Position numbers and translations under genes: made by a program. From assembly GCA_037447605.1 (NCBI GenBank), contig CM074807.1:1736001-1800000 (forward strand): a stretch of DNA of 64,000 nucleotides, given 5' to 3'. The stretch is from Zygnema circumcarinatum SAG 698-1b (taxonomy: Eukaryota; Plantae; Zygnematophyceae). Of this stretch, positions 35,180 through 48,176 are shown piece after piece (position 1 is the stretch's first letter; every line of letters starts with the position of its first letter). The notes beneath the pieces were generated by a model, which made no database searches, was not told the DNA's origin, and worked only from the letters and a program-made list of their open reading frames with translations.

Positions 35180-35455
35180 GCCGCGAGTCGACTTGGAAGA
35201 AAAACTTTTGGCGGCTTCGGTCAACCCTTGCTGACGCAGGTCAAGTCTGCTGACGTAATATTGCACTTGCGGACGCGAGAAATTCATTCGACAAAGTTTC
35301 GGCTGCAAACTCGGTTCGGAGGTTGCAAACTTTCCGGCCGGAAGGCAACGAGGGAGGGAGGCAGAGAGGGAGGTAGAGGTGGGCCGCGGGAGAGCGCTTG
35401 AAGGGAGGGAGGCGGAGCAGGGCAAGGCAGGGAGGGGCAGGGAGGGGCCCTGGCC

Positions 35456-38400
35456 ATGGCGCCCTCCGCTGTGGCGCCGGCGCAGGTCGTGCGGCGCCTC
35501 AAGGACGACGGCACGTTCGACAGCCTTCGACACAAGATCATGGCGGCGCTCAAGCAGAACGTACTTTCTCCCGGCCCTTTGCTGCGTGTCGACCTGCTTG
35601 GTGTTTATAGCGTGCTTCCAGCTGCTTCTCATTTTTGAAATGGATTTAAAATCTGGGTCATGTCTATTTCTGAGGAGCCTTATTAGCGTCCTAATAATCT
35701 TGAAAATGAAGTGTGGTTTTACAGAGGCATTAGTAAATTCGATTACAGATAGGCTGATAAGATTCACTACAGTTCGTAAAGATTATGGCGGAATTTCATA
35801 GCGTTTAGCATAGAACCGTTACAGTAAAGCGATGCGTGTAGTTGACTGACGCTCTGTGGGTTCTCCACAATTTTTAGCGCGAAGTGAACATGGCTGCCCA
35901 GGTCGTTAATGTGCATATGATAGTACTCTGGTGATTTGTATCCTACTCTCCATCATCTGCCGCTGTCGACTCCATGCGTGTCTTCTGCGGCATGCCCGAT
36001 AGCAAATGATTGTGCAGTAATGTAGGTTGTTTCTTAACACCGCTTTATAGCTTGTTAGTTCCTCCTCAAGCGACCATTAGGTTGTCCTTAAACACGTTAT
36101 GGAGGAGGTTTAATTCGTGGAGTGCGCTCATTTTTAAGTCTTGGGAATATGAAGCCAGCAGAATGAAACCCATATTCTTAGCGCATCTGATTGCGTTCAC
36201 TCATTGAGGCCACAAGGTTGTGTGTGGGATGTCGGTGGATTTGACGACATAAAATTTCTTGGAGGCCACTAGGGCCAGAGTCCTTACAAATACGAATGGT
36301 ATCGACAGTAGTTTTCATTTACATATTGATTCCAACATTAGCTAGAAAACGGAGAACAAATGCTTTTGAACAGCTACATGACCGATAGGTAACACAAGTC
36401 GCAGAAACAAATTCAGTTTCTATGAAGGGTTACTCATAAGTAAAATTAACTATTGGACGATTTCCATTCATTATTAGTGGCGTTTCTAGAACGTTGTGAG
36501 GTTGAAGGAGCTGCTACTAGAGTCACTTTTGTGCATAGTCCTTATCTTTCTCTTTCTGCTTATCCTCTAGTGCATTCCATGCCTGAATAGGGTCTCATGT
36601 AGTAGTTTGTCACAGAAAATGACTGGGTGAGATTGTCATTGACGTCGAGCTTTGTAAGGTTTTGTAGCCAATCCTATGTCGGTGAAGCCTGCAGCTATGG
36701 GTTGTATCGACAACTTTTCGTTCCGTGGAGGTGTCATCCCTTGCACTACAATTTCAACAGATTAACAATGGCCTGAATGTTTGGTTAGCCAGCATTGTTG
36801 GCTCGGCATGTCATCAGTATTGGTATATTGGTGTCCCCTCTCAATCCTCTTCTCTGTCTCTTCACCTCCAATACTGTCATGCTGAAGGAGCTATATTTAC
36901 TGACATGACAGGTCGGCCGGGTGCTGTTTTGCCCGCATGCAGGAGGACCTGAAACGATACACAGCCTCCTTGGTGGAGAGGAGCTTGGCAAGCGCTGATG
37001 TGTCATCCAAATCACGACGTGAACTTTTTGTATCTCTGCGAAAGGAACTTGAGTGAGCGTTTTGGTGACCGTGAAGTCTTGGCCTAATCCATCTTTTCTC
37101 AATGGGCTTCTCCGTTCAGGGATCAGCCTTGTAGAAGTCTCCATGTCCACTTTTTCAGGTTAATGGGAGACAGTATCACAAGGAGTTTCTTCTCGCTAGT
37201 TGTCGTCTTTACAAGAGGTTATGGTGCAAGAGAAACCATGAAGCGGTCGCTAACTAATTGTTCTTTGATTTGACAGGCCTCCAGTGTTGGAAAAGGCATC
37301 TATTGCCGCATGGGAGCTTATTGTCAGCAGCGAAGGAGTAGGCGCAGAGGTCAGAAGTAAGGTTGAAGAAGTTCACGCGAAGCTTGAAGCTGAGGGTCCG
37401 CCTCTGGACCAGCCTGAACCAACTGCCGATCGAACCGCACATGCGACCAATACAAAGCAGATACAGCCTGTGAGCAACGACCTTTCAGGGGATGGAGCTT
37501 GGCAGACGAGCACTCCAGTGGGAGGACCTGTGGAGAGTGCTTTTGGATCAGTGGGTCCGAGCCAGTGTGGGAATACTATGGAGTTTGGGGGTCCATACCC
37601 TCAAGCGGCTGCTGCTGGTGGCCTTTATGGCTCTGTGGATGCAGCCAGATTCCATGGAGGCGCAGCTCCTCCAGGCATGTTATCGTCAAACCCATCTACA
37701 GATCAATGGCAGGGTCAGTACGATCTCCATGGTCAAGGTGGGCCACCACCAGGAACCCCTCATTTTGGGGTACCACAAGGGCGAGGGTCAGGCCTAGGCC
37801 TTCAACCTAGGCCTGGCTCTGGAAATGTTCCAGGAGCAGGGCAAGGAGGCGGGCCAAACTTTGAGAACGGGAACGTTGGCCCAATGGGGTATGGGCATGA
37901 ACCCAGGGGCCCGAGTGGTCCTATGGGAGGCAGCTGGCAGGATTGGAGCCGAGACCCGGGCAACAGGGAGCAGCAGTTCAATCAGATGTGCCCGCCAGGG
38001 TTTGGGCAGCCTCCTTATATGGGACAGCAAGGGTTGCCAATGCCTGGCCCTCCTTTTCCTCCACCATCTTTCCCCCCACATGGCAATGCTCCTTTTCCTC
38101 ATGGACAGTTTCCTCCACGTGGAAATTTCGATCACTATGGTCATGGTTCTGAAATGGATGGTGGATATAGAGGGAATGGGAGGGGAGGGCGAGGCAGAGG
38201 GGGGATGGGTAAGCAGCACGGGGGGGGAGGAATGTGGGGAGGGGGGCGAGGCGATTGGGGTAATGGGGGAGGTCGAGGGAGAGACTGGGGGGGCAGAGGG
38301 AGAGGAGGTAGAGGGGGTAGGGGTTGGCAGAACCATGGCCAGGAGTGGTTTGGAAAGCGGGAAGCAGGCGACAATAGTGAGCATGGGCCGCCAAAGCAAG

Positions 38401-38456
38401 CCAAGTTGGAGGGGCCACAGAGACAGGATGAAAGACCCTCAAAATGGGATAGATGA
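35456..38456 (+). CDS. BOD1/Shg1 (COMPASS-associated) domain protein with long Gly/Pro-rich and RGG C-terminal region, 3 exons
   Basis: VVRRLKDDGTFDSLRHKIMAALKQN / EDLKRYTASLVERS...SRRELFVSLRKELE / PPVLEKASIAAWELI follow the K..G.FD..R Shg1/BOD1 pattern; the last exon encodes about 390 aa of low-complexity sequence. Confidence 0.8.
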
Positions 38457-39342
38457 CAACCAACATTTCCGAGGACGTATTTTTGGGTCAATGTCATTGA
38501 ACATGGATAGTGTATTCGCGGAGTGAAGGTATATCCAGTGCCTGCATGTGACTACGTCGAGCGCTGGTTGACGACGTCAACTCAGTGTCTTGGAGAGAGT
38601 CATCCAGGCTTTCCATTCTGCAGTATGTGCCGGTCAAGGGGCCTTTTTTACTTGAAGACAATTTCTGAATTTAACATGGCATCAGAATGCTGCCATTCAA
38701 GATAAAGTTCGAAGCAGAACTTCCAACCAAGCATCGGTTTTCCACCATAACTTCATGGGCGGCCATTCTGATCCCTTCGGACCAGAGAAGCATTGTATGA
38801 GCTCACTGTAAATCTGTAATCCATTTCTCTTTTTGAATCGGCCGATCAAATCATTAAAAATGTACAGAGTTATTCATTTTTTTTTTTTTGTCATTCAAGC
38901 GACACCAGAAAGTGTTACTGTAGCCCTCTTCCTCCCGAAGGGGAGAGACCATGAAAACATAGTTAAATTTTTTCTCGTTTTCCTCTACAAAAAAGCTCCA
39001 GGCTAACAGATCAGCCAAACCGCTTCAGTGAAGTCCGAAAGTTTGAGGGACAATGTATACGTCTGACTTTAACAAGGGCATATTTCCAAGAAAGGTCGAA
39101 GAGCCTCAAGTGTTGACTTTAGCAAGTTCATATTTCCCAATGGAAAGCTAGAGCCTCCAATATTGAAACTCCCGCAGCCATTCCCGTGAACTGTTTTTTT
39201 TCTAAGTATGGCGCTGGTACTACCGCTAAAGTCACAATACCTCCCAATCTGTACACTTCAACTATACATTGTCGCAGTGATCACCTGGGGGGACAACGAC
39301 TGCCTGCTCCATCCAACCAAGCTCCATAAGGGAGGGAGACAT

Positions 39343-42300
39343 CTAGCGAGAACGATGACGTGTATTTCGGCCCTCTCCTTCACGGTGCCTGCTGCCTTCA
39401 GGTCCCCTCTTAGAGCTCCCCTTCTCGTCCCTTCCACCCCTATCCCTGCTTTCCTCCTTCCAGCTGCCGCCAGTCCTGCCCACCTCTGTTTTCTCCCCAT
39501 CCTGCCGCGCTTGTCTCCCATCATGTTGCCTCTTATCTTCATCCCGCCTCTCGCCTCTCTTCTCTTCAGTCTTTCTCTCTGCTCTTTTGTCATCGTTCCT
39601 CTTGTCTACTTTCTTCCTTTTCTCGAGCTCTCTTAGCTCACCTTCATATCGGTCTCTCCCTTTCTTTTCCGTCTCCTGGTGGTGCGCATCTCTTCCTCCC
39701 TCTCGTTTCCGACCATCAGAGTCTCTTGCACGCTCATTGGGTCGTCCATTTTCTGCAGTCTCATCAGCTTCTCTAGCCCTCCCTCTCCCTTTGTCGGCCT
39801 TTCTCTGTATCTGCAGAGCATCAGCATGTTCTCTCCATAGAGTCTCCCTCTCTCTTCGTGGCAATGCTCCATGACGTGCATCCCCTTTGAGCACCTTCTT
39901 TGCCTCTGTCCACGATAGTAGAATGCTCCGACCTTCCTCGTCTTGCATTGCCGCTGCATCCGTAGTGATAAGCTCCACCAAGAGCTCCTTGTAATCAGCT
40001 CGACATTTCTGCATAATCAACGAGCATTTCACGTTTTTTCCAACGAAAATCCTACATCAGTAGGTAACCTGCAACGATATTATGCATTGACAGAACATAG
40101 CAAGGGGATGACATGCAATAAGCTTGTCAAGTACAGCATGGTGCCCCGAAAGCCTTTAGCTCGCAATAACATTCGTCTTTCCAATGTATTTCTCAACAGA
40201 TTCTGACCTTGAGATCTTTTTGCATGCACACTAAATTTTTTCAACCGCATCAACTGTTGCATCCATCATCCCAGTCCCACCTCCAGCAGCCGGCTGCAGT
40301 GTTCTCGAAACAATGCCTCGCACTCGTTAGCATCAAGGTCAGCGGGCGTTCCACGTTCATCTTTCTCCAGCCTGCTACGGCTTTCACTCCATGATGCCTG
40401 CCAAATAAGCTCCCAATTCTCCCATTTAGCTGCCTTCCGACTCTCTTTCAGTTGTTCGGCCATGAAAAATGCCCTTCCTTCTTCCCTCAATGGCGCCGGA
40501 TGGCAGCGAATCTTTCTTTCCGGTGTTGCCTGCTCAGTTGAGGGCGAACCGCACCTCGGGGTCTTTCACTTTTTCAGCCAACAGCGTCTCATACTGCGCC
40601 ATGGCCTCCCTCCTGCGAGCTCGGACACGAGCACGCTCGTGGTCAGCCTCCTCGCGTTCCTTACGCTTGCGTGCTTCCCGCTCCCTCTCCCTCTGCCGAT
40701 CCTGAACACAATAACAATACCTGTGCTGAGCAAAGTAGATTTTTATGGCTATAACAGAAGTGTTGTTTGACAAACCGGCAGTTCTCAATCCCCGATAAGC
40801 ATCGTGCTATACTTTCGCAGTGATGAGCGCCATATATTCAAATTAGACGGTGTTTACTAGCATCGGGCGAACTACTATTATTCCTCATGTACGTGCGTAT
40901 GAGAATTAACACGAGAGGATATCGTTTGCTTGCTAGGGTACCTTCATTTCCAAACGAAGCGGCGTAGCAGGCTACTTAAGAGAACACTATAACTGAAGAA
41001 AAGTGCAGATTTAGCCCCTGCATTCATTTATTTTAGAAAGCAATAACCGAACCTGCCACTCACATCCCTAAGGAGTACGGAACCGCAGTCCATAAGCCCA
41101 CTATAGACTTTACCTCTTCCTCCCTCTTTGCTTGGGCAGTTCGCTCAGCAGCCTCCTCTGTCGCTCGAATTGCTGCAATGTGACTGTCAAACAGGGTTTC
41201 ACGATGCTCCCATCCAAGAGCTGTGTAGCGAGGATCAGACCTCAGATTGTCCTTCACCTGAAAAGAGAATGAACAGTGGCAACAAACTCATGCCAGTTAA
41301 CATGTATGATCAATTGCCACGTAGTTATCTCAGGCATGCGGGTCGCAGGTAAATTCTGAGAAGCTACATGTCTTGCTCTCGTTATGTGGGTGCCACCTCA
41401 CAGCACAGTAACATGACAACTAAGCGAATGTGAACACGGTCTTACTTTGGACCAGCGCGTCCCTGAGGTAAGATCCTTTTGCTCCGCAAGCAGCTCGTTA
41501 AAGCCCGCAACCGCTTGTTCATGCTCCGCTCTCTGCCTTTCCTCCTCCACCTTCTTCAAGGGGGCCAGCCTGGAAAATCTCAACCATCAGCAGCATTCCA
41601 TTTCACGTTGCTTTAAACATTGGAGTCTTGTCCAGTCAGTAGCCAATAGTGATTCGATACACATCTTGAATTCTAGCCATGCTCATTCTGGAAAAGTAAG
41701 TCGGTCAGGTTTTCTCCTTTACTGGCAATTGCTGCAGCCAAATCGTTTGGAAGAACAGAAGCAACAGATCCCATCTCGTCCCAAATCAACGGCATGATGC
41801 AAGATACCCTCTCTTCATGAAGCAGGTCCATGTTGTTGGTTGAACAATCAAAGCGTGAAGAAATCGCTAAAGATAAAAGAAAAGGAGTGCATCTGAGAAT
41901 GCCCACCTTTCAGAAAGCAATGTCTGGCGATCCTTCCTATCCAACGCTTGAAAGCGCGCATCAGTTCCCCACATTTCCGCAAACTTGTTGTGGTCAAAAC
42001 TATGGTCCAGCATCTGCAAACCGAGCCCAGGAGTTGTTTAACCATCAGATGGTTTTGTCTTGAAGGACATCGTTTCTGCCTGAACTGAGACCACCTTGTA
42101 ATTTCATCTTCCTCAATTCCATCACAAATGACACACATCATCAGATTCTTGCTGCCTGTACAGCCATCCTTAGAAACTATCGCAAAGTGAGGGCTAAGAC
42201 CAGCCATACATAGGCCATGAATTTTACACACATACAAGGAAATCATGCATCCAAGCAGTCACTTCATTCCCTCAGTGTCCAGTAGATATACAAGGCCTTA

Positions 42301-45300
42301 AGCCCCCCTGCCTGCAGCTGCTTGCTTGCCACTGATGCTTATATTCTGCACCACTGCCTCTACATATTGTCTGAAAAAACGTGCTTTTTGACGAATAAAC
42401 TGGAGAATCAAACAAGACAGCTGTCCCTTGCCCCACCGGTTCTGACAAGATGTGAAAATTCCACCTCTGCGACCTCTTCCAAGAGCTGCTTGAAGCCCTC
42501 CACTGCGGCTTTCTGCGCTGCTCTTTTCTCCTTCCGCTCCTCCTCAGCCCTTGTCTTTACATAGTGCTCAAATATCTCTTTCCGCTCTTTATGGCTTGGA
42601 ATCGCCTGTAGCACAAGGAGTGAAGAAATAGTAGAGATGAGTGAAAAGGAAACGGAAGCATGCACCATGCCAAGCGAGAGACATCAAAAGAGGGAACACG
42701 GTTCAGACTTCCGCATGAGACCAGCAACGGAAAAGCTAAAGGGCATTTTAGGCTTCTAGGCTTACTGGTACGACGCTAGGACCATAGAGCATTGTATATG
42801 ACATGTAATGCTAAAAAATGGATGCCCATGTCATGGAGCAACTCACAAGAGGTGGCTGAGATGAAATTGTATAGCAACAAGGCATACCTTGAAGCGGGGA
42901 TCAAAAATGATTTTGGGAAGCTCTCTTTCCCATTTGGAAAATGGTGCCACGCCCTTCTCTTTCAACATGGCCTGTGAACGATCACAGCATGCTATAGCGT
43001 CAGACTGCAGTTTAAGATGCTATTCAGTGCATCAAAAGTTACTGCTATGGATATGAGCCTTTGAAGAGCATTAACAATTAATAGCTTGTCCCCATCAATT
43101 TCCAGGTCATGAATCCCTTGCGGTGAGCATGCGCACAAATATAGACTAACGTACCTTGAACTGACCAATCTCCTCTTCTTTCGTACGTCCCTTCTTGCCT
43201 TCATCTTCCGAGTCATCATCTGATGAATCAGAGAGTTCTTGCCCTTCCTTCTCTACCTCCTTCCCTTCAGATGGTGCATTTTGAATACCTGGAAGCACTA
43301 TCCCCCCTGCACTTCCTCCCGCACCGTTCACATGGCCGGATGCTGCACCCAAAGCTCCCTCTCCGCTATTCGCAATGGCAGGAGTGCCGGTCGGAGCCCC
43401 CGAGTCCTGAACCCCCCCAGCCATCAAACGGCGACTTTCTAAGGGGGATTATCCTTTACTCAAACATAAGTATGATTGCAGAATCCCTGCAAAGGGCACA
43501 GACATAGAGGCGCTTTCAAGCGTGACTTTTCACGTAATCCCAACTCGGCATTCACAGACACAAAGACTCACACACCAAGACTTCGGTGATCCATACTAGC
43601 CAGCCAAAAGTGAAGGATACCATCTTTCTGCCTTTTCCTCTTGTTATTGTAACCACCCTTCTGAAATCCACCATGCAGGAAACCAAAATGAAGACTAAGT
43701 TACCTGCAGCTTCTTCTTGATCTGCTCGAGAGCAGACGCACCCATGGCTGCAACTAACGCACGATGACCGGCTGCCTCTCGACCTCCGGTAGAGGCAGCA
43801 GGGGCATGCAGAGAGAAGGAAATGGGGTTCTTATCCCCGAGGCGACCCGGCACGGAGGTTGAAGAAACCTTTGGGGTAGCCTCTTCATGAGCTTTTTGCT
43901 TGAGCTCTGCCACCTCCAAGGGCAACTGCCAACTGGTAGCCTGCAGGAGAAGCCCCACAAAGACAGGGTCATAAATACTCGTTGCAAAGAACATTGCAAC
44001 ATGGTTTTGGTTCTGAGGGATCAATAAGTAACACCTGAAAAAGTTTCATGCGATGACATACTGTTGCAATGACCAATTTTATCCATGGATATTCAGAATC
44101 CCGACTTACTCAACCAGAGCCTGTATCCTTGGACCTGGACCCTGGGACCCCTAGCACTTTCAATACTAAAGCAACAAATGTCAAGCAAATTCAGGAGGAT
44201 TGGTTACCTGATTAACGGTGTTATAATAGTATTTTTTGCCATCGTCTGTTGTAACCAGCGCCCATTCTGTACCTGCAATCCTCTTCCTGTATTGTCCAAC
44301 AGCCCTACTCACTCATCAGCATGCTGGTCTGGACATGGTTTAAGATGCCACGCCAGTAAGCATCCTATTGTCATAGATGCCGGTCACCGGTATAGGTCAA
44401 GCCAATCAGACAGCTGTTTGGAGCAAGAGCAGAAGTTAGCACTGAGTGCGGGAAAGTCAGCCCACTTCAAAGTCATGCACGGACCTTGGACTGGTAGATG
44501 GAAAGAAAAACGTAAGAGGCGCCTACCAGTCAATTGGTGTTGGCTGCGATGTAACTTTCTCTGCCTGAACATCACATACCCACACGAGGAGGGGGACAAC
44601 GTAAGATACAATCACAGACATCAGTAACTACTTTCGACTGACGCACTTGGCAGGGTATTCGTAGTGTCACCCTTCTAGTCTTGGATGTCTTCAACGGAAC
44701 ACGGTATGAAGGAGGCCTCACCACAGAGTTCGTACTAAGAAGTGTTGCAAATGACAAACGTAACCAAAACATAACAGGCAAACTAGTCCTCCAGCAAAAC
44801 GGTGCGATATCGTCGAAGCAAAATTACCTATCACTAGCTTGACTCACCTCCAATTGGAAACCCCTTGGTCGATCAAATGTTGACACTCCTGTAACAGAAT
44901 TGAAATAATACACGGTCCCGTTCTCTGCCTTATGTGCTGTCCATGCATCAGCCTCAATACCGTGTTCACCCGTTTCATCATTTCCTGCTTCAGATCCTTC
45001 TGCAGCAGCCTCCATATTGAGGGCCCCACCTGAAATTGACGCAACAGCAGAAGCCCCCCCCGTGCTTCCGCCTGTGCCTGCAACAGATACACCCGGTGGG
45101 GCAAGCGGAGCATCCTTCGTTACAATTTTCACAACTGATTCTCCAGGCGGAATTGCAGACTCCACATTGCTAGAAACAGGCTGAGATCGCCATTGACCGT
45201 TAAGAGGCAGAGGTGCCAACGTCATTCCTGTTGAACTTAAAGCTCGCGAGGATGCTTCTCCGGGTGCGGAAAACGTCGCGGAGTTAGGCGACTGCGGCAA

Positions 45301-47556
45301 ACGGCTGTTGTTTCCAGAATGTGCTGACAATCCCATCGCAGGGAGCGGACGCAAAGGAGGTTGCTGTGAGGCGTGAGTTGTGCCATGCCCTGCTGAGTAG
45401 GCAGAAAACTGTCCAGACGATTGTCCAGGGTGCTGAAGCAGCGGTGCATTAAGCCAAGGAGGGCCTTGAGGTGGGCCAACCTGTTGAGAGGTTGACAGCA
45501 GCGGCTGCTGTGACAGTGGAAGCGGCGCAAATCCTGGAGGCACTCCGGGAGGAAAACTCTGAAGAGGTCCGTCTAAGGGTCCCAATGGAGGACTGTTTGA
45601 AGGGATGCTTTGGCTAGGAGATTGAGTTGGCCCTGAAGGAAACTGCCCATACACTTGTGCTGTTGAGACCTGCTGTACTGACCGATAGGACGGGGCACCG
45701 GTAGGTCGACCCTGCAAGGTACCCGGAGGTCCGTCAAATCCTCCTGTTAGTGGGCGGCTGAAGGGAACAGCGGGTCTCGGCCCCATTTGAAAAATTGGGC
45801 CAACAGAATTCCAATTAGAGTTTGGTGGACTAGGTCCTCCCAGAATAGATCCATTCCCAACAGATGCTGGATTGCCAGCGGATCCGGGAGCAACAAGAGG
45901 GTTGCCAGTGCCAGGGGGTCCGAAGAAAGGCCCTGCTGGAGGGTGTGCTACGCTAGTTTCCTGCGGAGAAGATAGCAAAGGGACAAAAAATGATTTAGAA
46001 GAGACTTGGGAATGCGAAAACAAGACACTGAGGAAGTTCAGCTCTGACCACGTTGAAACCCAAGCCTATATATCTTCAAAATGATCAAATCTCAAATGAT
46101 TCCATCTGCATCAACGGGTCAAGGCATCTGCTTATATAAAACAGACGCAGAGAAATCGTTCAAAACATTTTTCGACCTGTTCTCTTCTCCTCAAAAAAAA
46201 TGGTTCAAGACACTCAATCCATACCTCCATCGGAATCACGCTATAGAACTAGAAATGTACAGCAATTCACCTAATCGGAACTATTTTTAAAAAACACAAC
46301 ACTGAGCTCAATGAATTTCTTGAGGCCACCACTCATTCTACCTGACCTCATTGCATCTAAAGACACCGGAGTGTCTTTAGATGCAATCCAATGATGGCTA
46401 TCCAATTAGATAAGCTACCAAATTGGTATTGGTGGTTTCCAACTGATCTGCCTTCCGCCTCTGAACCATGGGGTTATCCCCTCGCCTAACCTCAGAAATC
46501 TAATCCTATGCAATCACGGCTATGCTAAAGTATTCAAGAATCACCAATCTTATTCTTACTGATTAGTCTCCTTGAAGTCCTCAATCTTCAAGCTAAATAA
46601 TTTGATCTTTCGAGCAAAAGTAAAACGGGCATTGTTTGCCTAGGCAAAAGGTAGCTGCTTTTCTGCTGGCGGCTCTTCAAGCAAAGGTCAAGGTGAACAG
46701 GACAATCCTTCCTTGGCTAATTGCTCCTTTTGCTGGATGAAGTAGATTGCCCGAGCTACTCTCATCTCTACTCCAACAAGTGTTCAAGTTGAAGGGCTAG
46801 CCCTCAACTAAAAAGCTTAAGAGCTTTGCTACCTCTAAGAACTCTCCTTTGAAGCTGTGAAAAAGATCATGGACTAGTTGCCCATCACTTTCGAACACTG
46901 CTTCCTTGACTTCATCTAAGTTCCTCTTGCTACAACTTCACTCGAAGAAATTTCTCCTTCAGCCTTCTAAGCTGACTAAAGAACACTTCAGCCTGATCGT
47001 TGTATTCAATTTACGCACTTACAGTTTCACAATTGCTTCGCGTATTAAACCACAATTTATCTGAACCCATTGACGACCAATTTGGCTCGCCAAAAACGGC
47101 TGCTAATGCACACTCCTGCCCATTTCTATTCAACAATGAGCAATATTCCAGCTAAAGACGGCCAGAGGAGGTGGTAGGGAAGAGGGAGAAATCTTCAAAA
47201 CGAGACGAGCCTGTCAAAGTTTGCGTGAGTGTCTGCAAATAATCATTTTCTTTGCTACAGATTTCTGCACGAAAATGAAGCTGTCGACATACCTGAGAAA
47301 ATGAAGAAGGCGAAGGACTGTGCGAAGGTGGAATCGACCCCTGCGAGGGATGCCCATGAGGTGCCTGCACTGAGGAGCCAGCCTGAGAAGAGTAGCCATT
47401 TGGAGGTGGTCGAAAGGAAGGGCGAACAGGGTTGAGCGGCGGCGCCCCTGGTGCGGCCTGGCGAGAAGGAGCGAGCTGCTGCTGAGACTGCCAAGAGGAC
47501 GGCGATGCAGGAGGAGCTAAGGGCGCCCTCTGTGGCTGCCAGCTGGGTGATGCCAT
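39343..47556 (-). CDS. PRP40C: Pre-mRNA processing protein 40C (TCERG1/CA150-like; Pro-rich N-terminus, 2 WW and multiple FF domains)
   Basis: WW1 AWTAHKAENGTVYYFNSVTGVSTFDRP; WW2 GTEWALVTTDDGKKYYYN..ATSWQLP; FF AMLKEKGVAPFSKWERELPKIIFDPRFKAIP and further FF repeats; canonical junctions throughout. Confidence 0.94.
46350..46387 (-). other. Perfect 17-bp-stem, 4-nt-loop hairpin in PRP40C intron 1
   Basis: ATTGCATCTAAAGACAC-CGGA-GTGTCTTTAGATGCAAT. Confidence 0.9.
46555..46996 (-). pseudogene. Degenerate coding-like relic inside PRP40C intron 1 (possibly TE-derived)
   Basis: Purine-rich, codon-like stretches (EVFFSQLRRLKEKFLRVKL*, LDEVKEAVFESDGQLVHDLFHSFKGEFLEVAKLLSFLVEG*) broken by stops and frameshifts; family not identified. 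Confidence 0.25.
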
Positions 47557-48176
47557 TAGGACTAGTCAACAACGTGCAGCTGGAAGGCAGGAAAAGAAAG
47601 CGCAATCAAACAAAGGCAGCACCTGTGCAGCTGCTTTCAAGCTGCGACCGAAGCTGAGCTGCTGTCAGTCCTGCTACATTTGCTATCTGCTCCAGTCATA
47701 GGAGAAGAAGTTCCTATGCTGTTCCCGCTCAGCCAGAAGGCGGAGACACGCGCATGTGTCAGCGCCTAAAAGTGACCGACCGCTTCCAAGAGGCGGGCCG
47801 AAGCTGCAGGAGGCTGAGGGCTTCGATTCGATCGGCCGCTACTTTTGGAGCGAGCGCGGCTCCAGCCTTCCTTCTCCGAACTCGGCCGGCGAAGGAGGGG
47901 TGGCGCCTGATTAGATGATGCACAGCTCAGATCCAGATGGGAGACACTAAGCAAATGCTTGCATCAGGCTGCTGACTCGATTATGATTGTGGCAAGTAGG
48001 GATAAGTGCTCTGGCGCCAGGGAGGACGAGCAGTGCTATGTGATTGATTCCTCAAATGCCATCGTTTGGTCGGCATCTATCAGCACTCCCCTCCAGCGCT
48101 TGTTGGCTGTCCTCAGCTGATACATTGCTTCCGCACAGCACGGCATTCTGATTGCTCAAGCTTGTCAGACAATCTC

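Noticed and set aside
37794-38526. Long antisense and alternative-frame ORFs over the RGG exon (and similar over 44824-46023 and 60534-61932)
   Set aside because: Expected shadows of GC-rich low-complexity exons; no recognisable domains.
39064-39165. Diverged 50-bp tandem duplication between convergent genes
   Set aside because: Real but only two degenerate copies, with no further structure or evidence of function.
43610-43620. U12-type GTATCCTT donors (also 53398; ATATCCTT near 62220)
   Set aside because: All lie mid-intron; the reading frames are completed with ordinary GT donors.
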